The notes under the pieces are model-generated. The model was not told where the DNA came from, ran no database searches, and was given only the letters and a program-made list of their open reading frames with translations. A stretch of 64,000 nt of DNA from Octopus vulgaris (taxonomy: Eukaryota). Where the stretch lies: NCBI GenBank assembly GCA_951406725.2, contig OX597815.1, positions 74,214,001 through 74,278,000 on the forward strand, read 5' to 3'. The position numbers and the translations under genes are program-made. Below, in pieces: positions 42,320-54,574 of the stretch. The first letter of the stretch is position 1, and the number at the start of each line of letters is the position of its first letter.

Positions 42320-42700
42320 TTGCAAGTGGCTGTGTGGTAAGAATTTTGCTTCGCAATCACATGGTTCCGGGTTCAGTCCCACTGCGTTGTACCTTGAGCA
42401 AGTGTCTTCTACTATAACCTCTGCTGATTAAAACCTTGAGTGGATTTGGTAGATGGAGACTGAAGGAAGCTCGTCGTGTGTGTGTGTGTGTTTATATGAT
42501 TATGATGATTGACCTATCATGTCAGATGTATGCGTGTTTACGTCCCTGGGACTTAGTGGTGCAGAAAACATACTGATAGAATAAGTACTAGGCTTTAAAA
42601 AAAGTCCTGGGGTTGGTCTGTTCGATTAAAATTCTTCAAGGTGGTGCCCCAGCATGGCCGTAGTCTAATGACAAAAGCAAGTAAAAGATAAAACAAAAGA
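42320..42700 (+). mobile_element. SINE family A (full, relatively young)
   Basis: CpG-retaining head catggttccgggttcagtcccactgcg, CORE-like segment, tail aagtaaaagataaaacaaaaga. Confidence 0.75.
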
Positions 42701-43098
42701 TACCTACACGAAACCTTCATTCGACCTTATTTTACACACGTGTAAACCGAGATATATATATGTCAGTATGTATGAATCTATATTGAATAGAGAGATAGAA
42801 ATAAACTGAAAATACAAATAGAGATAGCTACTTGAAAACCTTTTTTAACTCTCCAGAATGCTTTTGTTGTCAGAAAACTAGTTTCCTCTATATTAATTTT
42901 GCTAAGTGCTATAGTAGCTAGTAGCATGCCTCCACTTGTTAACGAGATGCATACTCTTGTAAGACGGTGGGAGGAAAAGGGAGAGCGAGAGAGAAAGAAG
43001 AAGAACAACAAAAATTGATGAATGTATTTCTTGAAATTTATATCATTGTCTGAAATCATCCCTCCATTTTCAAATCCTCTTTCTCTTCTTTGCTTCAG

Positions 43099-43120
43099 CT
43101 TATTCAATCAGCCAACTTGC
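43099..43120 (+). CDS. Candidate 22-nt microexon (phase 2 to 0), encoding (S)LFNQPTC
   Basis: Long pyrimidine tract cctctttctcttctttgcttcag| containing UGC, and a perfect donor |gtaagt at 43121. Reads c tta ttc aat cag cca act tgc and joins exon 62696 in frame. Confidence 0.6.
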
Positions 43121-43320
43121 GTAAGTGGATAAATTCTAGCTAGGGATCTATGATTCACCACTACTGGTCACAAACTACTGACACAGTAAATAGCCAATCA
43201 GAAACAGTTATCAGCTGTCAGCTTGTTTCATAGCAAATTATTGATGTGTTAAAATCTCGAAGTATTGAAAGTAAATAAATAAATAAACCCATTCTCGGGT
43301 TCGCTTTTCTGCTTTTTTCT
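43110..43320 (+). promoter_or_regulatory. Candidate internal promoter/enhancer
   Basis: AGCCAATCAG (NF-Y consensus) at 43192-43201, CAGCTG E-box at 43212-43217, TTGCGTAA at 43117-43124, inside a SINE-free, locally CpG-richer stretch (about 42710-44400). Confidence 0.35.
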
Positions 43321-44678
43321 TATATAGCAACTTGTAATTATTTTTGTTGTTGTTGAATTATTAATAGATGTTAGTTCTACAAAAAAACTAAAGAAAGAAA
43401 GAAAACAAAACAAAAGACATCTATCGAATCTTATTTTCTTTCTTTTCTTTCTGCTATCTGTAATTGGAATCTGTAATTTGAATATATCTGTCTTCTTTAT
43501 GTTGTTGACTGTTGTGTACAACTACCTATCTCATGGTAGTTAAAATAGATTGTTGGCATATATTTACGTCAACTTGTGATATATATTGTAAATTGTGAAT
43601 GGAAGTTCATTGAGATTAAATTTATCTGGAATATCCCGTTATATATACACACACACGCACGCGACAGAAAACAATGAGCATAATATTATATCGAAGAGAT
43701 AACCTTGCTCAAGTTTAATCTTTTTATATTGATTTTATTTTTTGGATATTTCCTAATTAGTCTTTTATATTTATTTTGGAACATTTATGTTTCTAAATTC
43801 ATTAACTTTCCGAAACTTTCTTGATCTCTTGTGGCAATAGAGGCGCTATTAATGTCTCGTTTAAAAAAAAAAAAATTAGTAGACAGCAAAGAATCGTGGG
43901 AATGGTTTTTATAACTGATAAAATCCAACCAAGGCGATTATAAAATAAGCACGACAATAATAGCACCACTATCCTAACTTCATTTTGAGCATAAGGCTAA
44001 GGTCTCAGAATATTTATAGACTTTGAAATGTTGTTCCAAACTAAAAATAAAAGATTAATTTGGAAAGATGGAAAACAAATATCAACATAAAATTTAACTC
44101 TGTGCACAGCTGTCTTCAGTATAGCATTTGAAAAAAAAAAAGTTGTTCCCTTTGTACATAATTTTTTTTCTTCTTTTGGCTGTTAACCCGTTAATTGAAT
44201 ATGACTGTTCACAACACCGACAAAACACATGAAAAGAAAAAAAATGTGTAATTTAGAACAAAATTACAAAAGCATACGAAAGGACAATAAGATCTAGCAA
44301 TGAAGACAACAATGATGTAAGAAAGGTCCACACAGAATTTAAGCCTTTTGCAACTTGCACTGCATTGCAAAAACCCTTCTACTGTAGTGCTAAATGTGCC
44401 AAAAACAAGCTGAAATTAAACGTTTGGTTTAGCAATTCTTCACCTAGTCTTTCCCAACCAAGAATGACCTTTGTAAGCAATGTTGGCTGTTGACTCTTGA
44501 GAGTTCCTTCACCCGTTGACAGATTTTATTTTTCACTCTGCTGGGTGTTAACAGTCAACCTCCTTACCCAGAATGCTTGGTGGGGTTACCAGCTTAGTTG
44601 CTGACGGCCCAACCACGAAACGGGAATGAGCTCAAAAAGAGGACAACATGAAAAGGACAAGTTTTAGTTTAGGAAGAG

Positions 44679-44714
44679 TTTTGACATTTCAAACACAAGT
44701 CCTTCATCAGAAAA
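44679..44714 (-). ncRNA. Minimal type I hammerhead-ribozyme-like motif
   Basis: Minus strand: tttt-CTGATGA-a-ggac(ttgt)gttt-GAAAT-GTC-aaaa. Intact CUGAUGA, GAAA and GUC; stem II pairs via G-U. Confidence 0.55.
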
Positions 44715-45082
44715 ATAAAAGAATGAGAAAAGATGATTGAATAAGAAAAAACTTAGGGACTAGATAGGAATGTATTTCTATAGGGCATGTATGGGAAGTT
44801 ACACACACACACTCCTACTCAGTCAAGGACACTAGTTTTGTGAGTTACGTGCCAACCTTGCTAGTGTAACTGCCATGAAATAAAGTACCTCGTTCACTCT
44901 GTAAAGTGGTTGGTATTTGAAAGGGCATTCACCTGTAGATTAGGTCATTCATCTGTTGCTATGTTGAGGAACTAATTTCAAAGGTTTGATTGATCACATT
45001 AACTCTGGCACTTATTTTGTTGGTTTCTAAGCATAACATTAGGATGTGACCATGAGAAAATGTCAAATGCATGCAAGGTCAA

Positions 45083-45182
45083 ACTATACACTCTTTGAAC
45101 ATGAACCATACACTCATCCTGAACATGAATCATGCATTCTTTTTGAACATGAACTGTACACTCTTTTTGAACATTAACTGGT
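45083..45182 (+). repeat. About 24-bp tandem repeat, 4 copies
   Basis: Four units of approximately tgaacatgaac..tacactcttttt. Confidence 0.75.
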
Positions 45183-45194
45183 ACTCCATTGGTC

Positions 45195-45712
45195 ACAACA
45201 ATGAGAGTTCCAGTTGATCTGATCAATGGAACAGCCTGCTTGTGAAATTAACAGGCAGCTGGTTGAGCACCCCACAGACACATATACCCTTTTTAGTGTT
45301 TGCATTATTCTGCCAAAATTAATGCTTTTTTTATCCACATTGTTTTGAACTAATCATGCATTATCTTGTAGCTATGAGATTTTGATGAGGTAGCTGTTAA
45401 TTTTTAAAACGATATTGTAGGGTTGGTGTGAGAGACCAGATATGGCCAGTTTAAACATAAAATAAGCAGAATACTTTTGGCCGGATATGGCCGGTTTAAA
45501 TGCTAAAGGGTTAATATAGTTTTCCAGGAGATTCAGCAAGACACAGAATGTGATTAGGCTGGCCCTTTGAAATCCTGATACTAATCATTTTTGCCAGCCG
45601 AGTGGACTGAAACAATATGAAGTACCTTACCCATGTACACTACCTGCCACCAGGAATTGAACTCGTGATTATAAGATTGTGAGCACCCTAACCACTGAAC
45701 CTTGCATCTTCT
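45195..45712 (-). mobile_element. Older copy of the 8308-type SINE, split by a MITE
   Basis: Shares ggagattcagc..gacacaga.tgtga..aggctggccctttgaaat with 8573-8620. Confidence 0.6.
45287..45514. mobile_element. piggyBac-type MITE, family 2, inserted within a SINE
   Basis: ccctttttagtgtt ... aatgctaaagggTTAA. Related copies at about 13124-13338 (reverse) and 56880-57103. Confidence 0.65.
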
Positions 45713-47965
45713 TTCGAACATTAATGTGCAAACTATTGACTGCTGTGGAATGTTTACATTTTTAAAGAAGTTGCATTCAACTAAGATGAATGGATGCTGG
45801 CTCATTGAATAAAAGCTTAAATATGATGCCGCCCATCACTGGTGCTGAATTGTGAGCTTGGAATAGACATTTAGGATAACAGAAATATTAGGAACTAACT
45901 GCAATTAGATACAAGAGTTTATAGAATTAACAGATTCCATCATGCATTTTCACACTCAAGCCAGTGCTAGCCATAAATAGATATTGGATTTTTCAAATGT
46001 TCATAATCTCTTGTGGCTTTGCCAGTGAAGTCCAGTGAAGCAATATGTCTGACTCTGTCTGACTGCTGTGTATATAGAGTTAAGTAAACTTTTTGAAGGT
46101 CACAAGTCAGAAGTGGCAACCAGATACAAATTTAAGATTTTGTATCTTTATCTTTTACTAGTTGGAATGCAACCATGCTGGGGCACTGCCTTAAAGGGTA
46201 CAGTTGAACAAATTGACCCCAATACTTATTGTTAAGTCTGGTGATATTCTGTTGATCTCTTTCAAGCAATTGTGGGAGGACAAAGACAATGAACACACAC
46301 ATATTTATATCCTGGGATTCTTCACAGTTTCCATTTATGAAATTCATTAAGAAAGCTTCAGTGTGCCTGGAGCTTTGGAAGAAGACAATTGTCCAAAGTG
46401 CCATGCAGTGAAACTGAACCTAGAACCACGTGGGTCAGATAGAAGTCTGAAGTTGGAAAATTTGTATGTTAGATGTTTGAAGTTTATTTTAATTTTTTTA
46501 TTATCTATGTTAACTTGTGACTAGGAAGAAAATGAGTCAAATAGCTATGAGTTATAAATTTTATCAATAATATTTGTCTGTATATTAAGGACTAGTAACT
46601 TGTAAATGGGCAAATTAAGGTTTTGGACTTGCTAATTGAATGTTTAGTTTGGCACCAAAGGTGGTCAGGAAAATTTGGAGGGAGATGTAGAATTTAATTT
46701 CAAATAGTTTAGATGAAAGGTCTTTGTTGATTCTTTTGGATTTGGCGTTAATATTTTATTTGTCTCTTTTCCCTCATTTATTTGTTAGACAATCAGACTG
46801 AGTTACTAAATTTGGAATTTTGTGTCTTGTATTAATTACATTTAACTTCATACTAATACCATTATTTGAAGTAATTACCTGTCTGGTATATACACTAGCT
46901 TTATGAGACTGATTGTTTTATTATTATTATTTCTATTTGATTTTGTTTTTCAATACAGAAAGGAACTCATCACTCACTGGCAATACTTTTAATTAGTATA
47001 TTTTGAAGATTTGGGAGGGAGAAAAAAATTCTGTTTTCTTTATATAACCTTGTCATTTGATGTCATTTATTACACGGAACAGATCAATCATGTAATTGCT
47101 AGACATTTTCGTTTTTAATTAGTGTATCTCTTGTTTGCTATTCCCTCTTCATTTAACAATGATGAAAGCCTAAGAAATAACCCAATCTTGTCTTTGTTGA
47201 GCATTTATATCATCATCATCTTCATAGTTTTTATGTCTATTTTATTTTCATGCTTGTATGGGTTGGATAATCTTTTCTAATGCAGCTTCTTAACCATGCT
47301 TGTGTCCATCCTTTCTTCCTTTAGGCATTCTAGAAGAATTCTTTTCATCGATTCACTTTGTTATATTTACTGCAAAAATGGTCAAGTTTTGTCCAGGCAT
47401 GTGCAAGACCATAATCTTTTTTCCTTTGTGTATATTCTGCTTAAATATTTGTTTCTGCAATTATAGCCTGGAACGATAATTGGATCCAGTTACTTTAATG
47501 AAAAAACAATTTTGATGAGAAATCTTTTAAAATTTTCTCTTTCCCTTATGTTTCTGGAATAAAATTAAATATCACTGTTGCAGTTGATATTCACTTTCAG
47601 AAATTGAACTATCCAACTGTACATCCAACACTTAGTTATGCTTGTTGCTGTTACCACTTTTTCTTTTAAAACTCTTAGAAATTCATAGTTGTTACTATTG
47701 AATGTGAAGCTAGTAGCTGGTATCTATTTGTTTCAAGTATAAAAGATTATATAAAATAACAATGTTTATCTTGTGAAATCATGTTATCACTATTATAATA
47801 ATGAGATTTAAGTCAATATTCTTATTTAAATATAGAAACACTAATTATGGGTGCTGTTGCATGGGTTGGTAGTCTCAGACCATGAAGACTTAGGTTGGTA
47901 TTGGGCAAGCTGATAATGAATGGTTTAATTAATTATAGTAAAGCAAGTGGGATGAAGTTATTTGC

Positions 47966-48175
47966 TTAACTCTTTTGACACCAATCCACCCCTAGTTCTT
48001 TGTTAGTCTTCCTCTTTAAAGAGCTTTAAATTAAATCCTTCCACCAAAATTTCATGTTAATTTAATGTTCCAAACACTAGTTTAATAGTGAATTATTTTA
48101 TAAATTCTTCCTTATTTTCAAAATCAACTGAAACAAAAGCTGTCTATTTCAACAGAACTATAACAAAAGGGTTAA
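47966..48175. mobile_element. piggyBac-type MITE, family 1 (opposite orientation)
   Basis: ttaactcttttgac ... taacaaaagggttaa. Confidence 0.65.
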
Positions 48176-48651
48176 CTTTTCCTAACCAGAATGGTGCTAT
48201 CAATGAGGACCCCCATATTGACTTACCAAGATAGAATGTACTGGCAAAGAGTAATTGTTTTGGCCATGAACACACACACAGCATTGATAACACAGGGCAC
48301 TGATGACAGTATATGAAGAGTTGACGTTTTTGTTTGTAGATTCTTTCCCTATTGTCTCATTCATCAGCAATTCCTTTGATTTATTTAAAGTCTCTTTATT
48401 CTCTAACTCTGTTTGGACAATAGATAAAGTTACTGTACTTTAGGCTTGTAGGTCATGAATTCTTATCTTGCTGTAGGTATTGTACTGGATTCTTAATCAA
48501 AACACTCTACTCTGCACCAACCCCCATGGCACAGAGATTGCACAGCCAATTAATTCTACCAAATTTATATGACTATCTTTGTGGAAATATATCTTATTAT
48601 GAATAAGTGCAAAGAGGATAAATGTATTTCACTCTTCTGTATTATATTACA

Positions 48652-49062
48652 CTAGCAGCATAGCCCGGGTATGTAATAGCCCCTAGTAGGCAACGACTAA
48701 TCCCAATCTATTTCTTTCCCTCTAGGGAACGAAGACGCATGTGTAGGTTGCAATGTCTTCTCTTCACTCGAATACGTCTGTGTATACGATGTTCCTAGCT
48801 GTCTCCCGATTGCAAGTTGCAAAAACTACAACAGAAAATGTGTCGCATATAAAAAGCTTAGATTCTCGACCCCCATGTCGAATTTATCGATTTTTTTCAG
48901 AACTGGGGGAACTTTTCAAAATTTTCGCTGCGTTAGTTTTGAATTATGACATTGGGCTATGTGTGTGTCAAGTTTCATCAGAATCGGTTGAAAGCCGTGG
49001 TCAGGGTGAGGGTACAACCTGACAGACACACAGACAGACAAACTGCCGTTTATATATAGAGA
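48652..49062 (-). mobile_element. Non-autonomous Helitron-like element (Lep1/HINE-like architecture)
   Basis: On the - strand it reads A|TCTCTATATATAAAC...(tgtc)n...CCCGGGCTATGCTGCTAG|T: 5' TC, 3' CTAG, insertion between A and T, no TSD, GC-rich palindrome near the 3' end. Much richer in CpG than its flanks. Confidence 0.75.
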
Positions 49063-50519
49063 TGATTAAATATAATTTATATTAATTTTCGATATATCTT
49101 TGCATGATGAAGACAAGGTTTTTGAAAAATCATAATTTCATTCAACATGCTGCAGTCCTTTTGGAAATTATTAAATGTATTAGTCTATAAGTATTGATGT
49201 TTATTTCAAAACACCACCACCATTTCTCAATATATTCTAAAATTTGTAATGTAAGATCTCTTCCTTCTCTGTCTCACTAATTCTACCCCCTCACTCCCTC
49301 TCTTTCCCTCTCTCTCCCATGCACACACACACAAATCTTAACTGTGAGAGGTAAGCTTTTGAAATAATGTCATAATTAAAATTGCTATTCTGTCCTTGAA
49401 AATGGAGGTCAGTTTAATCTAATAATTAAATAGTAGCTGGTATATAGACCCACCACCGAACATATCACCGTTGCTCATTTAAAGACAAATTATTAGCCTG
49501 ATGGTATTTTTTCCTTCTTTTTCTATTTCTTTTCTATCTATTTAAAAATTTCACAATAGACCCAGTGGAAATGAGCTCTCATATGATGGTAGTTTAACAA
49601 GAGAAATTTCAATATGAATTGTTGCATTGGTTTTTAATTCAACCACTGAAAAGAAAGAAAAAAAAATGATTGAAAGGAATGAATGAAATAGCAGGATTTA
49701 TTTTGACCAATTTAAACAATCAGAACTAATTTCTTTATTAGCTTTTATTTGTTGGTGTTATTCCAATAGAAAAACATGAGATGTTAGACTGGTTTTATTA
49801 TTATTATTATTTAAAAATTTTCTCTCTTCTCAATGGCTTCAAATATTGGAGAAAGTTGTTTAATCTCTTATCCGAAAAAGCTTCAAGTTACCTTGTAATT
49901 TTAAAAAAATGGTGATGTTGGATTCAGTTTCTTGGTGTATTGTATGAATTTAGGTTATGTAATGCTAACCTTTTGCCATTAATATATTAAATGTATAAAT
50001 ATAGTTACAAACATCTAAAGGTCAAAGAGGAAAATATTTTGCTGAACTTTGTATTAGCATATTGTACCTTTGACTACCATTTCCATAAATATATTTGAGT
50101 TTTTGGCATACTAAACCTATAACCTGGTTTTCATTCTGAAAGTTAAACTACTTCACTTTTGATGTTTATGCTCATGGTAAAAATATGAATGTCATCATTT
50201 TGTATATCTCCATCACCTGTAAATATATCTAAAGCCTCATGTCTATGTATTGTAAAAAAAAGAATTAAAAAAAAAAAGATTTTGTAATAATTTGAACCAA
50301 AAATATTACGCTACAAAGTACCTGAGCCATGATTTTACATTTACAACACACACATAACACCACTATCATTTATTGTCCACTTTTCCTTGCTCGCATGGGT
50401 TGGATGCAGTTTATTGAAGCAAATTGTCTATGGCTGGATGCCCTTCCTATTGGTAACCCTAATGTGTTTCCAGGCATGGACATATTTACACAATGGTTGG
50501 CAAGGCAAATTTTTGTGTG

Positions 50520-50870
50520 AAACAATTGTCCACAGAAGTCACATCTGATGGTTGGTAGAGGCCCTGGTTAGAATTGGTGGGTTTTTTGTTGAATCCATTT
50601 GCTGTTTTCATTTCTTGACAATATTCTTCAAAATGTTCTACACTTATTTTAATGACATGATGCCACATTGTTCTGTCTTCTGTGTGTTGCTCCCAAAATT
50701 TAGGGTCCATGCTGGTGCTCTTCATTGTTCATTTCAGTTGGGGTAGACATGTAATTGCTTGCCAGTACTGAGTTTGCTGTAGAGGATTTGACACGGCAAT
50801 CTGGTGCTATTGATGCAATGGACATGACCTGCCCATTCAAGGTGATGTTTGAGGGTGATGGCCTCGGTTC
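50520..50870 (-). mobile_element. RTE (BovB-like) LINE C-terminal fragment
   Basis: ORF-track peptides LEWAGHVHCINSTRLPCQILYSKLSTGK and WEQHTEDRTMWHHVIK match RTE C-terminal motifs. Confidence 0.75.
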
Positions 50871-51599
50871 TATTGGTTTTGGCCCCTTCAAAGACTGCAG
50901 GGGACCTTTTTCTTTCCTGTTTTGCTTGTAGTATGAAAAATGCACCGAATACACACTGTGAAGAGGTTGGTGTTAGGAAGGGTGTCCAGCTGTAGAAACC
51001 ATGCAAAAGCTGATATTAAACCTCAACACAGTTCAGAGGCTTGTTGGATTCTGTCAAACCCATGCCAGTATGGAAAACAGATATTAAATGATTATGATGG
51101 TAATATTAAGAAAACTTCATTTAATGCATACTGAGTATATATATATGTGTAAGCCAGCAGCACAGCATTGTTCTTAAAAGGCACTGACATGTGTAACCAG
51201 CAGTGATACTGATAATTTATATATTTTTAAATATGGTTTAAAAATGTAATTCAATATAGTTCTCATCTTATAAAAGATCAATTGTCAGTCATGGCTTCAT
51301 CTGGTTACCTATCATCATTAATTAATATTAATTCAATTTTAATTAAATTTAGCTATAATATTTTGACTTAAGACCACACTGTTTCCTCTGTCTAAACATG
51401 TGCAACTGTTTATTTTGTAGTTTTAAATTACTTCCCATCTTTTTCTTTTCCTTGTCTGTGTTACTAATCTTTATAGCTATTTCACTAGATTTCATAGCTA
51501 TTGATGTAGCATCCACCACTTTCTGATTTTGGGGAATGAAAATTGTTTTCAGGGGATATTTTTGTTTTTTGAAGTCTATTTTATTATTTCATTATCATT

Positions 51600-52022
51600 C
51601 CTCCTCATCATCATTTAACATCCACTTTTCCATGCTGCATAGATCAGATGGAATTTGTTGAGGCAGATCTACTACAGTTGAATACTCGTCCCATTGCCAA
51701 TTCCCTCCCCACATCCAAGCAAAGTAATATTTCCCAATGGCCAGATACGTTTTCCATGGCAGACTGAAAATGAACAATATAGCTTGTATGACAGTGTTGT
51801 TCATTTAGTCATAACATGATGTCAAAAACAAAGGCACACACACACACGCACACATGCGCGTGTGTGATAGGCTTCTTTCAGTTTCCCTCCACCAGATCCA
51901 CTCACAAGGGCTTTGGTTAGTCTGAGGCTAAAGTAGAAGACACTTAACGAAAAGTATCATACAGTGGGACTGATCCTGAGACCACATGGTTGGGCAAAAA
52001 GCTTCTTAACCATACAGCCACA
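51600..52022 (-). mobile_element. SINE family A with RTE-like tail
   Basis: Reverse complement of the 52505-52905 type copy. Confidence 0.7.
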
Positions 52023-52504
52023 CCTTAAGTTTTACTATTACACTATAGTTTCTTTAGAAGATTATAAGGTGGCACTTATTCACATATCTTGTTTCATTCA
52101 GTAAATGCATTCAACTATAGTGTTTTACATTCTCATAAACTTATTAAACTTCCTGTAGAATAAATTTAAGAAAGACATGGTAAAATATACAATGACTAGT
52201 GTGAAGTACACATTACAAATATGATAGTTTAGCAACATGATTGTGTTTCTGAGTCTATTCTCTTGCTCTCTTTGTCTGTTCTAAGAAGCTAAGATGTTAT
52301 CTTGAAAAAGTTTGCTATCATGTTTTCCTTTATAGCTTTTATATCTAACATGTGTTTGAGTTATGCTGAAAATTAATCTATCTCTCTCTCTTTCTCTACT
52401 TTATTACATTTACTCTTCTTATTGTTGTCAGTTTGGGGAGGTGGATGATATATCATGATGAAGATGATGATAGTGATGATGCATGAAGTTCTTGTCATCA
52501 CACA

Positions 52505-52905
52505 GGCATGGGCATGGCTGTGTGGTTGAGAAGCCTGCTTTGTAACCATGTAATCATGGGTTCAGTCTTTCTATGTGTTACCTCGGGCAAGTGTCATCTA
52601 CTATAGCCCTGGGTCAACCAGAGCCCTGTGAATGGATTTGGTAAATGGAAACTGAAAGAAGCTTGCTGTGTGTGTGTGTACTCTTTCTTGACATTGTATG
52701 ATGGTTGTGAATGAGCATCAGTGTCATACAAGCAATGTAGTTTGTTTCCAATCTTCCATGAAAATATGTCAAACCATGGGGAAATATTACCTTACTTGGA
52801 AACAGGTGAATGTGGGTGACAGGAAGGGTATCTGGTTGTAGAAAATCTGCCTCAACAAATTCCATCTTACCCATGCATGCCTAGAAAAGTGGACCTTAAA
52901 TGACA
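52505..52905 (+). mobile_element. SINE family A with RTE-like tail
   Basis: Head ggcatggctgtgtggttgagaagc, tail ...catgcatgcctagaaaagtggaccttaaatgac. Confidence 0.7.
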
Positions 52906-54554
52906 ACACTTTACTCTAGTTTAAAATGATAATAATATTTGAACTTTTATTTAGCCATTTGCTTTTAAATGTTTGAAATTTGCTAATGTGTAAAAGTCTT
53001 TGGATTAAGCATAGAATTTCATCTTAGTCACTCATTTCACCTATTTTTAATTAATTGGGAAGTTATTAAATAAATGAATCTTATTTCATTTCTACGATAC
53101 CATTAACTTTACTTGTCGTTGGTGGGAATTTTGACTGTCTTTAAATTTGCTCCTGTTACTTCACATTTTTAAGAATATCTCATCAAAGTCACAACCTGTT
53201 GGGTAAAAACCAGCTCTGGAATACAAGAATATTTTTCATGTCATTTTTGTATAATTATTCCTTTCTACTACAGGCATATAGCCTGAAATTTTGAGGGAGT
53301 CAATTATATCAGCCCAGTGCTTGACTAGTACTTATTTTATTGACCCCAAAAAGCTAAAAGGCAAAGTTGACCTTGGTGAAATTTGAACTTAGATCATAAA
53401 GACAGATGAAAGGCTGCTAAACATTTTGCCTGGCTGGCTAATGTTCACTACTTTATATACAAGTCATCAACACAAGCAGTGGATGTAGAAATTATATAAT
53501 TATTAATATATAATCATATGATATATATCGTATATAATTATTAATATATTACACTCTCAGAGTTGTTGGTATTAGGAAGGGTATCCAGCTGTAGAAACCT
53601 TGCCAAATCAGATTGGAGCTTGGTGCAACCTCCTGGCTTGCCAGGCCTCAGTCAAACTGTCCAACCCATGTCAGCATGGAAAGCGGACGTTAAACAACAA
53701 TGATGATGATATATATAGTAGACAGGCATAGTTGTGTGATTAAGAAGCATGCTTTACACTCATGGTTTCAGTTTGTCCTACTGAATCCTATTGAGTGGCA
53801 TCTTGAGCTGCTGTCTTCTATAGCCCTGGGTTGACCAAAGCCTTGTAAGTGGATTTGGTAATGGGAATTGAAAGAAATGTATCTATGTTTTATATGCATA
53901 TGTGAGTGACATCATTTGATGGTTGTAAACAAGTGCCATTTATTTCCAGTATTCTGCCTACAAATTGTATTGGATTCATGCAAGTATGAAAAAGTGGATG
54001 TTAAAAGAAATATAAGAGAGAAATGATGATGACCATCATCATCATTTAACATCTGCTTTCCATGTTGGCATGGGTTGGATGGCTTGACAGGAGCTGGTAA
54101 GGCTAGGGGCCACACCAGGTCCCATCATCTGTTTTGGTTTGGTTTTTACAACCGGACGTACTTCATAACACCAGCTACTTTACAGAGTGCACTGGGTGAC
54201 TTTATACGTAGAACCATCACCAGTGCTTTTTATGTTGTACTACAATGAGTATGAAGCAGAAGAAATGAGTGGACATTTGGAACTGATGGAATTTCAGTTT
54301 TATGAAAACTTAGCTTTTTGGTGAAATGTTTGTCATTAGTATTGCAGAGTTAAGTACCAATCTGCCACAGACTCTCTTTGATTCTCATACAAATCTTGTT
54401 GTTTTAAAATGTTTAAATCAAAGAACTTCCATTATAATTTTGTATAAAAGCATAGTATTGTTATATTCCAAATCTCATATTGATAACAAAAAATTTATTT
54501 TATTTAATTAGTAGAAATAATTACTCTCAAAATCAACTAAAATGCAATGACAAT

Positions 54555-54574
54555 GTATTTCATTGCAGGTATGG
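54555..54574 (+). other. Candidate recursive splice site (3'SS fused to 5'SS)
   Basis: gtatttcattgcag|gtatgg, AG|GT at 54567-54570, with ACTAA at about 54536 upstream; not inside a recognisable SINE. Confidence 0.3.
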
